From NCBI GenBank assembly GCA_010909165.1, contig VJWM01000178.1:410656-474655 (forward strand): 64,000 nucleotides of DNA, written 5' to 3'. Position 1 is the first letter of the stretch. The number at the start of each line of letters is the position of its first letter. Both the position numbers and the translations under genes were made by a program. The notes beneath the pieces are model-generated. The model was not told where the DNA came from. It saw only the letters and a list, made by a program, of their open reading frames with translations, and did not search any database. Of this stretch, positions 11,593-23,200 are shown piece by piece. The stretch comes from Anthoceros angustus. Its lineage: Eukaryota; Plantae; Anthocerotophyta.

Positions 11593-13390
11593 TCAGGTCC
11601 CAGGGTCACCACGGATGGATATAGGAAACCCGCTTTTCTGCAAAGGGCCACAAATGGCCCTAGCCAGCAGCCTATCTAAGTGTTGTAGAGTTGATGCCTC
11701 ATCCAACAGTATCAAAGTCGAATGCAGGACCAGCACGTCTGCTCCCTTCAACTGGGAAAAGGCACCAGGATCTCTCATGTAGTCCTGGTTCAAACGGCCA
11801 AAACAGCGTGAGCAGGAGTTACACCAATACGTCCAGCAAGAGGAGTAGCTGCACACTTAAAGCAAGGAGAGGCAGCAGCAGTAGGCTCGCTGCTTACTTT
11901 TTCGGTTATGACAAGCAAGACCTTTTCCGGGAACTCCTGCTGCAACTCCAAGATCTTTGCCTCTAACAAACTAATGTCCTGAGCAGGCAGAAGAGAAAGC
12001 TTTGAGCAAAATCATTGACGTGGCGGCAGATATGGAAATACTACAAACAAAATAGTGTTCAACTAACCTTCGATGTGAAGTGATGGTGGTCACTGAACAT
12101 CATGTCCGCAACATGCAGAGGTCCCAGCTGCCACCACAAGGCGAGACAAGCTATAAGGACGAGAACAGAAAGACAAAAAGAAAAAAGACAGTAAACCTCC
12201 TGGCCGACAGGATAATCTAACCTGCTTCACCACCAGTGACAAGGACTCGGGACAGCCCACCCCAGAAACGCAAAGCACAACCTTGCCCTTCACCTTGCTC
12301 AAAGGCACAGTCAGGCTGTCCCCTACGTGAGCATCAGGCATTCTGCTCAAGTGCAAAGGAGCCATCCGTGAGTGCAAGCAGAGCGCATTGGCCTTCACCA
12401 TCGACCTCAACCTAACCAACCGGGAGGATGGCACCTGCACAACCATGGCCGAGTCCCTACAGATATTCCTCTCACCCAAGCCTTAATCTCAGACCTGTCC
12501 AACCTGTTTACAAACGCTTCTCACCAAGTCTGCATGATGAATGACGACAACATCCGCCCTTCTCAACTCCTCCACAGGTTCTCTCAGAGGGCCTCGGGGC
12601 AACAACTTGCCATTCCCCCACCCAGTTAGCGCATTCACCATCACAACCTCAAGGTCCTTCACCAACCCCCATTGCTGGACAACAGACGATACACCAATCA
12701 AACGAAGCCCCAGAAGAACCATAACGTGCTCCAGAGACAACACCTGATTCACACAAACTCTACCTGCATACCGTCATCCAGAATCACAACACCAATTCCG
12801 TGCATAGCCGAGCTTTCCATCGCTCCCTGAGGCGACACTTGGATACCGCTCGCCCGCCTCCGGAGCTCCTCAGGGCCAACAACACCTCGCTCCCGCAGGA
12901 ACCGCGCGGCCACACTCGCTCGATCAGCGCCACACCCGACATCCGCACGCGGCCGCAAATGCCTGGCAAGAAGGCGGACCTCGTCTCCTCCGCCATATCC
13001 CTGCACCCAGCTGCACACAATCAATGCATGAGCCCGAGCTCCAATTGCAAAGCACCAGAACCCGCGGCAACACGGAATGCTCACCCGGCTAAGCACCAGG
13101 GGCCGGATTCCCGCTGCAATGCAGGCGCGGGCCAAAAACTCCGCCATGGGCGTCTTCCCGGTTCCGCCCCAAGTGAGATTGCCCACGCTCAGGACCGCGA
13201 CTGGCAGGCGGCGCTGGCGCAGCACTCGCCATCGGTACAGCACCAGGCGCAGGCGCAGCAAGCAGGAGTACACCAGAGACGCAGCGGAGAGCACCGGCTT
13301 CAGACTCCGCTCCAGCAGCGGCGCGGGCAGGGCCCGATCGTGGACGCTGTCGGCCGACAGCCGCACCACCGCCTGCTTCACCCTCTCCAT
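11593..13390 (-). CDS. LPXK: Tetraacyldisaccharide 4'-kinase (7 exons: 13390-13085, 13000-12764, 12674-12525, 12434-12222, 12127-12068, 11978-11898, 11784-11593)
   Basis: SVGNLTWGGTGKTP P-loop, LSRGYGGGDE, ILDDGMQ, LLPRGPLREP, FSDHH and TEKDY motifs, with GT-AG junctions. Confidence 0.95.
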
Positions 13391-13412
13391 CACGCCATAG
13401 CCGCCTTCATTC

Positions 13413-16400
13413 CTAAGCCCCACTCGTGTGGGTTTTGGAAAATTTGTCTCCCTCCAGATGTAGCAATTCCCCTCCTTGTTCCAGGTGAAAAACATCTCGC
13501 TGAGCCTTGCATGTAGCTACACCTCCAATCTCAAGATGCTTCGTATCCCCAACCAAAAACCCATGCACCAGTCCATCCAAATCTGTCCACCAGCTCTGGC
13601 CTGGCTGCTTCCAGGCCCCATAACCAATTCTCCTCACCTGCATCTCCTGCGCATGATCCCACATCTGGGCACCCGTGTATATGCTCGACATCAACACATA
13701 CGCTGCAGCGTCTTTCTTGTCGAGTTTCACTGCTTCATCAAAAGCATGGCATCCCACCTCCACATTGCCCCACTTTCGACAAGCATTCAACAGAGTGTGC
13801 CAAACTGCAGCATTAGCTTGGACAGGCATTGCCCTTATCAATGCTAGCGACTCGTTGAGTTGGCCTGCACGGCCCAAGAGATCCACCATGCAAGTGTAGT
13901 GCTCCACTGTAGGACTGATGCCATAATCTTTCCTCATGGCCTCAAAGTACTCCCGCCCTTTGTCCACTAGCCCTGCATGACTGCATACTGTGAGTACACT
14001 AAGGAATGTGATGCTGGAAGGCTGTATGTCATCCTCTCTCATTCTGCAGAACAGGTCAAAGACCACTTCACTGTCTCCTTGACGAGTGTAGCCTGCAATC
14101 AGTGCATTCCAGGTGACAACATCTTTTTCAGGCAATGCCTCGAACACATGTTGCGCATCAAACATACTCCCTGATTTCCCATACATGTTTATCAAACTGC
14201 GGGCTACAAGGACATCAGCTTGGAGCCCTTGTTCTTTGATCTGTGCATGAAGCTGCTTTCCCATATGCAAAGCTGCTCCGTTTCCACATGCCTGCAGGAG
14301 GCAAGTATATGTAAACGAATCAGGTGCAACGACGCCTTCATCTGCCATAGCACTGTAAAGGCACAGAGCTTCCTGCCCCATTCCCTGTTGGGAATATCCT
14401 GCTATAAGTGTTGTCCATGTCACCACATTTTTCTCACAGAGCCCATCAAAAACGCCCTGAGAATCCTCCAGACTGCCACACTTCGCGTACATGTTCACCA
14501 AACTGCTGGCTATAAACAAATCAGCTTGAAGCCCTCGTTCTTTAATTTGTGCATGAAGCTCCTTCCCTTTATCCAAAGCTGGGGGGCCAACACATGCACA
14601 TGCTTGAAGGAGGTACACAAATGTCAGCCCAACAGGTACTGCCAAGCCTTCTTCCTGCATTGTATTGTATCGACGGAGGGCTTCCTGACCCATGCCGTTT
14701 TGAGAATATCCTGCTATAAGAGCCGTCCACGTCACAATGTTTCTCTGACCAAGCCCGTCAAACACAGCCTGAGCATCTTCCATGCTGCCACACTTAGCAT
14801 ACATGTTAACCAAGCTTGACCCTAAAATCACATCAGCCTGAAGTCCTCGTTGTCTAATCTCTGCATGAAGCTGTTTCCCCTCTGCCAAAGCCCGGTTGCC
14901 TACACTTGCACATGCCTGCAGTAGAGAGACAAATGTTACACAATCCGGTACAGTAACGCCTTCTTCCTGCATAGCACTGTAAAGAAGAAGAGCTTCCTGA
15001 CCCATGCCTTGCTTTGAGTATCCTGCTAAAAGCGCTGTCCATGTCACCACATCTTTTTGAGTGAGTCCATCGAACACTCTCTGGGCGTCTCCAAGGCTGC
15101 CACACTTTGCATACATGTTCACCAAACAGTTGGCTATGAAGTCATCAACTTGATGTCCTTGTTCTCTAATTTGTGCATGAAGCTGCCTACCCTTGTCCAA
15201 AGCCGAGGTGCCGACACTTGCACATGCCTGCAGGAGGCACACAAAAGTTACAGAATCAGGTGCAGCCACACCACCTTCTTGCATCATGCTGTAAAGGCGC
15301 AGTGCATCATGACCCATGCCCCGCTGGGAATATCCTGCTATCAACGCGGTCCATGTCACGACATTCTTTTGACCGAGCCTGTCAAACACCACCTGAGCGT
15401 CGTCCAAGCTCCCACACTTGGCATACATGTTTACGAGGCTGCAGCCCAATAGGACTTCAGTCTCAAGTCCTTGTTCTCCAATCTGTGCATGAAGCTGTCT
15501 CCCCTTTTCCAAAGCTGGACCGCCCACACTTGCACATGCCTGCAGGAGAGATGCAAATGTCACAGCGTCGGGTACAGCAGTTCCTTCCTTCTGCATGGCA
15601 CTGTAAAGACAGAGCGCTTCCTGAGCCATGCCCTGCTGCAAATATCCTCCTAGCAAAGCTGTCCAGGTCACCACGTTCTTGTTACCAAGTCCGTCAAACA
15701 CTCTCTGAGCGTCTTCCAAGCTGCCACACTTTGCATACATGTTCACCAAGCTATTGGCCACAAACACATCAGCTTCATACCCTCCTTCACTAATTCTTGA
15801 GTGAAGCTGCTTACCAATTGCCAAACCTGGAGAGCCCACACTTGCACAAGCCTGGAGGAGGCACAAGAAGGTTACAGAAGTAGGTGAAGCAGTAACTTCT
15901 TCTTCCATAGCACTGTAAAGACGAAGCGCTTCCCAGCCCAACCCCTGCTGGGAATATCCTGCTATTATGGCATTCCAAGTCACTATATCCTTTCGACCAA
16001 GTCCGTCAAACACTTTCTGAGCATCCTCCAAGCTGTCACACTTTGCATACATGTCCACCAGGGCATTACAAACAAACAAACTATGGTCACTCCCAGAGGC
16101 CAACACATCGGCATGCACCTGCTGCCCAGTTTTTAAGTCTGCTCCCCTTGCACAAGCCTGAAGGGCTGCCACAAACACATGCCCATCTGGCTTCACACCT
16201 GACCTTCGCATCCGCTTATACAGCTGTATGGCCTGCTCAGGTTTTCCGTGGCGAACATTTGCAGAAATGACGGAAGACCACATGAAGGCATCTGGTTTGG
16301 CAGCCACGGTAAACACATCCATCATTTCAGCCAACAGGGCATGGGCAGCATACATTCGCATGATGTGGTTGCACAAAAAAGTATCCGACTCATACCCCTT

Positions 16401-16691
16401 CATCACCACCAAAGCATGGACACGGCGACCCACAACCGGATCCCTCTGAGTTTCACACCTTTTTATGACAGCACGAAAAAGAGATTGAGCAATACAACAG
16501 TCTATCTGCACCAGAACTCCCAGAGCCTCCGCAGCTTCATTGAGCTGCCCCTGCTGACATAGATGGCTCACAGTTTCAGCCGTCACGTCCCACTGATATC
16601 CTGCAGCGCTGAATTTGAGGTCCGCCATCCCACCAACTTTCCTTGGCCGCCACAGTTGTCGCCCACTCCGTAGCTGAAGTGCAATACCCAT
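13413..16691 (-). CDS. Intronless PLS-class PPR protein, about 8 PLS triplets plus E1/E2 and a WW-type PG box, without a DYW domain
   Basis: The 1122-aa ORF starts at TTG 16781, with the first ATG at 16691. It has repeated VTWTALIAGYSQQG / TFVCLLQACA / LVNMYAKCGS units, then YTCMVDLLGRAG and KQPGQSWWTDLDG. Confidence 0.95.
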   Translation of the reverse strand: MGIALQLRSGRQLWRPRKVGGMADLKFSAAGYQWDVTAETVSHLCQQGQLNEAAEALGVLVQIDCCIAQSLFRAVIKRCETQRDPVVGRRVHALVVMKGYESDTFLCNHIMRMYAAHALLAEMMDVFTVAAKPDAFMWSSVISANVRHGKPEQAIQLYKRMRRSGVKPDGHVFVAALQACARGADLKTGQQVHADVLASGSDHSLFVCNALVDMYAKCDSLEDAQKVFDGLGRKDIVTWNAIIAGYSQQGLGWEALRLYSAMEEEVTASPTSVTFLCLLQACASVGSPGLAIGKQLHSRISEGGYEADVFVANSLVNMYAKCGSLEDAQRVFDGLGNKNVVTWTALLGGYLQQGMAQEALCLYSAMQKEGTAVPDAVTFASLLQACASVGGPALEKGRQLHAQIGEQGLETEVLLGCSLVNMYAKCGSLDDAQVVFDRLGQKNVVTWTALIAGYSQRGMGHDALRLYSMMQEGGVAAPDSVTFVCLLQACASVGTSALDKGRQLHAQIREQGHQVDDFIANCLVNMYAKCGSLGDAQRVFDGLTQKDVVTWTALLAGYSKQGMGQEALLLYSAMQEEGVTVPDCVTFVSLLQACASVGNRALAEGKQLHAEIRQRGLQADVILGSSLVNMYAKCGSMEDAQAVFDGLGQRNIVTWTALIAGYSQNGMGQEALRRYNTMQEEGLAVPVGLTFVYLLQACACVGPPALDKGKELHAQIKERGLQADLFIASSLVNMYAKCGSLEDSQGVFDGLCEKNVVTWTTLIAGYSQQGMGQEALCLYSAMADEGVVAPDSFTYTCLLQACGNGAALHMGKQLHAQIKEQGLQADVLVARSLINMYGKSGSMFDAQHVFEALPEKDVVTWNALIAGYTRQGDSEVVFDLFCRMREDDIQPSSITFLSVLTVCSHAGLVDKGREYFEAMRKDYGISPTVEHYTCMVDLLGRAGQLNESLALIRAMPVQANAAVWHTLLNACRKWGNVEVGCHAFDEAVKLDKKDAAAYVLMSSIYTGAQMWDHAQEMQVRRIGYGAWKQPGQSWWTDLDGLVHGFLVGDTKHLEIGGVATCKAQRDVFHLEQGGELLHLEGDKFSKTHTSGA

Positions 16692-16811
16692 GATTTCCAC
16701 AGGCACAGCCAACACCTGTGACGACGTGATTGAACCCGACGGAACCCAGCTTTTGGCGGCCGGCTGGACTAGCTGAGCCAATTACAGTGTCCATGTCCAG
16801 ATACGCTACCA

Positions 16812-16889
16812 GACAATAAAACGCTCGAACAATGAGCACACCAAGGTATGGACAATAAAACGCTCGAACAATGAGCACACCAAGGTATG
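16812..16889. repeat. Perfect 39-bp tandem duplication upstream of the PPR gene
   Basis: gacaataaaacgctcgaacaatgagcacaccaaggtatg occurs twice. Confidence 0.95.
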
Positions 16890-19001
16890 GAACAAGCATT
16901 TCTCACCAGCCTCCCAAGCTACCGAGGCGGCCTCCAACGATGTTTCTCCGTTATCCAAGATGTCCGGCCCGGCCTCATGCAAAATGCGAAACGTCCCGAG
17001 AGAAGCCTTTCCCATAAGGTAAAAGGCAGAAGCAAGGGATTGTTCATTTGTGTTGAAGTTTTGAACTCGAATTGAGATGGAGACTATTAGAGAGTTTGCG
17101 GGCAACGTGAATTAAAACGGGCCGCTAGAAGTACGATGGCCCCTGTCACGATGTTCATGACCTCAAACTGTATTTTTCCATGTGCCCAGCCCAAGCATCT
17201 GGTCTTAGTTGCGTCGACGAATCGGGCGCGGGATGCAGTGGTGGAAGTGTCGGGCGGTGGCGGGGGGTGGGTAAGCGTGTCCGCTGACCGTGTGTCTGCC
17301 ATTGTCGCGGTTGCACGATCCACGATCCGTTCTACGTCGAGGCCCCCTCGGCGCGGGCTAGCGCGAGCGTAAGCCGGCGGCGATCGCATGTTGCTAGTTT
17401 GAGTTCAAGTTTCTCGCTCGCTATGCAGGTCATCCAAGGACACCGTGGAAATCTTCAATTGGGCCGCGTAGAGTGGTGCACATCAAAGACCTAACCGCAC
17501 GGCATATCACTTGTGTCTGCAACCAAAAAAAGCACACCAGCTGTTCGTCTATCTGAGGGGGCGCTGAGGATTTGGGTCACTGGGATTGGGCGCCTCTTCT
17601 CCGAGAACTGAATCTGCTCAGCTGTTGACACGGCTGCTCTGTCGCAGCAGAGATTGCGTAGTGCCCAGCAGTTTCGGCCCGAGGAGGACAGTAGAGGGTG
17701 TGAAGAGAGGAGAAGCACGCAAGCTTAGCACCTTGTACATCGAGGCGGTGGACTGTCACTCCTTTGATGCCTGCAGGCGCATGGTCTTGTGTTTGCAGGG
17801 TGTACGGTGCGTCGATACTGAGCTGCAGCCAGGCGCACAGTGCTCCACTGCTGCTGGTGCCTGCTGCAGCAACCTGACCGTTCATCCAGGGACTGCTGCA
17901 GTCACATGAAACTTTTGTTATAAGAGAACAGAGAGTGGAGGCGGAGAGCTCAACTGGCAGAAAACAAAACAAAACGCTGTCTCACCTGGGTGCTTGTCTT
18001 CATCCATGACAGCGTCCATTGAGCCGTCAGTCATTTCCTTGAGGGTGGTCAACATCTATCATTACTGCATTAGCAGTGTCCCGTGTGCCCTCAATCTCTG
18101 TGTCCTCCTTTTCGTTGTTCTTCCCCAGTTCGCCTTCTGCAGGGCTGCTGCCTTCAGCTGCAGCTCGCCCTTGGAAGATTCGGCTGTCCCCTCGAACTTC
18201 GGGAACGAAATTGCCCATCACAGCCCGATTCTGTCACCTCACAAACTCCGCATCTCCAGCCACACTTTCTGTTCCTCGGACAGACATATCGGCGCCATAG
18301 TAGTCACACTGAATCTCTGCTTCATGGCTGGCACCCATCCCAACACTCCCACCCACAACTATGCTTACTACCCCACGAGTCCCAGTGCGAATGATTGCCG
18401 CACTTGTATCGCCACCTTCTTCACCCCCTCCTTCATCACTTTTTTTGAGACAGCCTGGGAATCCTTGCTTTAAGCGCTGCGACACATACTGTGCTGCGCC
18501 TGCGGCACAGCGCGGACACCCTCGTCCTGTCCATCACATTCACTTCTCTTCACACTTACCACTGAGGAAGTTGTCCACACTTTCCATGGAGTTGTCCTGC
18601 TTGTTCTGTTGACAGGTGTCTATCGCCCGCACGGACGACGAGCGATCGGTAAATCTAGACTCGACCATTTGGCCCAGGAAGAAACCGATCCACTCCGAAG
18701 CTCCCTCTCGGTCATTTCTCTGTCTCAAGCTTGGACACTGATCTGTCACCGCTGCTCCCCTGGAAACCTGGTCAACAGCAGAACCTCCTCCAGCGCGTCA
18801 GCGTTTTGAGGAGTCCGTGGCACAACGCTTCCCCTTCCCTACTTCGCCCTGATCAACCACGGTCCCTTGAGCACTGTCCGCTTCAATCTGCCGACTCTGA
18901 GCAGCATCCACAGTGCTCCCACCATAGGCAACTCATGGTTTCGGATCACGAGGCAGAGCAGGGAGCAGGGAGCAGATTGCCGTGCCATGGGGAAACCGTG
19001 G

Positions 19002-19454
19002 TCATCCTTCCAAGGATGTGCACGTGCTGGGAACTAGCGTTTGTGACATTTCTGGTGGCACAATATCACTCCCACCAGTAGACTCAGTAGCGGCCTTGGA
19101 GGCCATAGATTTCTGAGCCACAGGAGTCGGAGAGTCGGTGAAGCATTTGTCGAAGGTGACAGTGGCCGCAGCATACATCTTCTGCACTTTCGTCAGGTTC
19201 TTGTTCAGCTGGTTGATGAGATCCACGTTGCTGGTGATGCGCTCCGAGATGCCAGACTGATGATTCTGGTTGATCTTACCAATGAGAACCCGGTTATGGT
19301 CCAACAGAGCTTGCACTCTCGCAAAACACTGTTGAAACTTCTCCCACTTCTTCCTATCAAAGTCAAGGTCGCTGCAGTCTTCCCCAACCGGTTTCTCAAA
19401 CTCCAGGTTCTGTTCCATCATCTCGACCACGCTCTTAGCCTGCGGCTTCGACAT
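19002..19454 (-). CDS. ELF4: EARLY FLOWERING 4-like protein
   Basis: DRKKWEKFQQCFARVQALLDHNRVLIGKINQNHQSGISERITSNVDLINQLNKNLTKVQKMY matches the ELF4/DUF1313 pattern. Orthology is not resolved. Confidence 0.88.
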   Translation of the reverse strand: MSKPQAKSVVEMMEQNLEFEKPVGEDCSDLDFDRKKWEKFQQCFARVQALLDHNRVLIGKINQNHQSGISERITSNVDLINQLNKNLTKVQKMYAAATVTFDKCFTDSPTPVAQKSMASKAATESTGGSDIVPPEMSQTLVPSTCTSLEG

Positions 19455-19883
19455 GTCAGGAAGCTACACCACACAGCTTCCCTGCAAAACGTCACGTCAC
19501 GCAACACAACGCGTCTGCTTCCTGTTCATGTTCAGACAGCTACATCCACTTCAATCTGGCCCCTCTCCCCTCCCCTGCACCGCAATCCGGAACAACAAGC
19601 TCAGCTCAGTCGCTCCCCCGGCTCTCCCCCACCCTGCCCTACCCTGCAGCCACTCACCACGCGATGTCAGCACATCACACCAACCGAGGGCCTAGGCAGC
19701 CACTCCCTCGATGCCCCCGCTCCCATCCAGCCGTGCATGCGACCAAACCCACACCGGCCAGCTCCCGCTCGCTCCCGCGCCTCTACATAACCAAAATCCA
19801 CAGATCTTCCAATCCCTCTCACAAACGCTCCTTGGCGTCAATCTCCTCTCAACGCCACACCGCAGAACAACCTCCACACGCAT

Positions 19884-20010
19884 CTTCCTTCCTTCCTCCC
19901 TCCCTCCCTTTCTTCCTTTACTCCTTCCTTCCTCCCTCCCTCCCTTTCTTCCTTCCTTCCTTCCTTCCTTCCTTCCTTCCTTCCTTCCTTCCTTCCTTCC
20001 TTCCTTCCTT
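19884..20010. repeat. (CTTC)n microsatellite
   Basis: Direct reading of the sequence. Confidence 0.97.
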
Positions 20011-20223
20011 GCTCCTCCGTCTCCTTCCTTCCCGTCTCCCTTCCTCCACCTTTCCCTTCCTTCCTTTCCTCACTTCCTCCCTTCTCCCTCCCGCGCTCCC
20101 TCCGTCCTCCACCTCGAAGCTGGATCGGTCAACCGCGGCAGCACGGCACCAAACCCTGCGCCAACCAGCCCGCTGCCATGTGCATCCTCCTCAGCCTTGC
20201 GAGGGCGAGGGCTGCAGGGCAGG

Positions 20224-23200
20224 GCGTGGCGGGGGGAGGGGAAGGAGGCGCTGCGAGGCCGCGCACCATGCCCGTCATTGCAGGGACCGCCAGCCAATGA
20301 GGCAGGGGAACGGCATGGCAGGCCGTGCACCGCCAGTGCACTGCGCTCTCTTTCCAAATCCCGGCGCCAGCGTGCCAAGCATAATCCAAATCTCGCTTCC
20401 CATTGCTGCTCGGCCTGGAATCCTGTCACAAATATCCTGCGTCTCCTGGCACGCCATTGGCTCACCACGCCCCGGGGTTCGAACCCGCCCACTCTGACGT
20501 CACTGGTTCGGTTGGTGGCATCTGCCGTGCACGCACAAAGTGGGCCAAGTGGCCAAGGCCGGCCAATGGGCGCCCGGATACAGATCTACCCTGGATCTCT
20601 CCACCCTGGATGTTTCCCCCTCCCGTAGCCGGTCGCGCTACGGGCACGTGGCCGTCCAGTATGTCCGAAGGGACGTGTCCGCCCCCCTTCCCCACCGCGA
20701 TAAATATCTCACGACCGGCCCCGCCGTCGATGTCCCATCCTACGGCCCTCGCCGCTCCACGCCTCTTCCCGTCGCCGCCGCCGCTCCACGCGTGCGGCTC
20801 CGCGCTCATTCTTCACCGGCTGTTGCCGGTCTCTCTGCCCTGACGCTCGTTGCACTGCCTGCGTTTCTTGCAACTAGGCACGGGAAGCAGGATTCTAGTG
20901 GTCTCGTGCAATTTGCACTCCGAATCTTCAGCCTAAAGTGTCAGGCAGACACTGCAGTGGCTATCCGCTACTGAATTTCTGGAATGGTTGGCAAGTGGTT
21001 ATGGGTGCTGTGTTTCATGTGGGTGTTGAGGCTTAATGGGGTTCTTCTGCAGAGTAGTGAGGTGGGATCGTTTATGAAACATGGACTATCATGAGGAGCT
21101 TCCGTGAGTTGAGCAAAAGTACATTAGGTTCGAAATTTGTGAGGAGACGACAGAGCTATAGAGCCACCTTGAAAGGAGACCATAAAATCCCAAGTACCAA
21201 GATCTCCAACAAGGAAAGCACCTCCGATCCAGGACAGATCACCGTTTGATCCCATCACACTCACTCCCGGAGTGACCTCGTCTACTAGAAGCAAGAACCC
21301 ACCTTCGCGACTTGGAGATGCACAAAGACAGGTGTTATCAACTTTTGGAGCAATAGCGTGATACAACATGAAACGCATCCGACATACGTCCGCAGATTTG
21401 AAATATATCTGCTTTCCGCATCACCTTGACATAACCGGTCTTCGACAACGTACAAGACATAATACGCACTGCAGGCTTCCATGCCATGGATGACACATGC
21501 AAAGCACCAGGTCTTCCTGGGTGGGTCTGATGTCTTGTGCTGCTCCACTTAGACCATCGAAAGAACATTTTCCAAGGGCAAAACTTGGTAAGTGGGGAAT
21601 ACGCGTGTAAATTAAAATCTCTTGGTCCTCTCCCATTCGGTTTACTACCTAGTCCAACAGCTTTTCTCCTGAAGAGAGAATTAAGAAAGAAAACCAATAG
21701 CATTAGCTGCACAAACCACTGAAGGAGAAGAAAATGCCATCCTGGATCCAGCTGCTGGGATCGGACGAGCCTGGAGCTGAAGCGTGAAGAATGTGACCAG
21801 TGGCGGCTACTCCGCCAAGGTACTGCGTATTAAAGCCGCCTGCCAAAGCACAAGATCCTGTGGCAACACAAGCACCTCCAAGTAGGGCAGCATCTTGAGA
21901 AGCCCATGTTTCTTTGGACCGATCTTCAACCCCGATTGAAGTAAGTCGGCAACTAGTACATGAGCACATAGAGCGCGTGGCGGGGAGGGGAAGGAGGCGC
22001 TGCGAGGCCGCGCACCATGCCCGTCATTGCAGGGACCGCCAGCCAATGAGGCAGGGGAACGGCATGGCAGGCCGTGCACCGCCAGTGCACTGCGCTCTCT
22101 TTCCAAATCCCGGCGCCAGCGTGCCAAGCATAATCCAAATCTCGCTTCCCATTGCTGCTCGGCCTGGAATCCTGTCACAAATATCCTGCGTCTCCTGGCA
22201 CGCCATTGGCTCACCACGCCCCGGGGTTCGAACCCGCCCACTCTGACGTCACTGGTTCGGTTGGTGGCATCTGCCGTGCACGCACAAAGTGGGCCAAGTG
22301 GCCAAGGCCGGCCAATGGGCGCCCGGATACAGATCTACCCTGGATCTCTCCACCCTGGATGTTTCCCCCTCCCGTAGCCGGTCGCGCTACGGGCACGTGG
22401 CCGTCCAGTATGTCCGAAGGGACGTGTCCGCCCCTTCCCCACCGCGATAAAATATCTCACGACCGGCCCCGCCGTCGATGTCCCATCCTACGGCCCTCGC
22501 CGCTCCACGCCTCTTCCCGTCGCCGCCGCCGCTCCACGCGTGCGGCTCCGCGCTCATTCTTCACCGGCTGTTGCCGGTCTCTGCCCTGACGCTCGTTGCA
22601 CTGCCTGCGTTTCTTGCAACCAGGCACGGGAAGCAGGATTCTAGTGGTCTCGTGCAATTTGCACTGAATCTTCAGCCTAAAGTGTCAGGCAGACACTGCA
22701 GTGGCTATCCGCTACTGAATTTCTGGAATGGTTGGCAAGTGGTTATGGGTGCTGTGTTTCATGTGGGTGTTGAGGCTTAATGGGGTTCTTCTGCAGAGTA
22801 GTGAGGTGGGATCGTTTATGAAACATGGACTATCATGAGGAGCTTCCGTGAGTTGAGCAAAAGTACATTAGGTTCGAAATTTGTGAGGAGACGACAGAGC
22901 TATAGAGCCACCTTGAAAGGAGACCATAAAAATCCCAAGTACCAAGATCTCCAACAAGGAAAGCACCTCCGATCCAGGACAGATCACCGTTTGATCCCAT
23001 CACACTCACTCCCGGAGTGACCTCGTCTACTAGAAGCAAGAACCCACCTTCGCGACTTGGAGATGCACAAAGACAGGTGTTATCAACTTTTGGAGCAATA
23101 GCGTGATACAACATGAAACGCATCCGACATACGTCCGCAGATTTGAAATATATCTGCTTTCCGCATCACCTTGACATAACCGGTCTTCGACAACGTACAA

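Noticed and set aside
14220-15793. Plus-strand ORFs with repeated HAATLCIHVHQT motifs
   Set aside because: They are antisense shadows of the PPR triplets.
17491-18810. Possible minus-strand gene between PPR and ELF4 (Gly/Glu-rich frame with one internal stop, splice-like signals)
   Set aside because: There is no recognisable domain, and no consistent exon chain could be built.
20474-20490. GGGTTCGAACCC B-box-like palindrome
   Set aside because: No A-box or cloverleaf could be built around it.
19711-20628. Long ORFs (305 aa and 277 aa) on the + strand
   Set aside because: They arise from the (CTTC)n microsatellite and GC-rich promoter sequence and show no domain signal.
21703-21969. Hydrophobic ORF in the duplicated block resembling COQ2 or another membrane protein
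   Set aside because: No diagnostic motifs are present, and the frames differ between the two copies.
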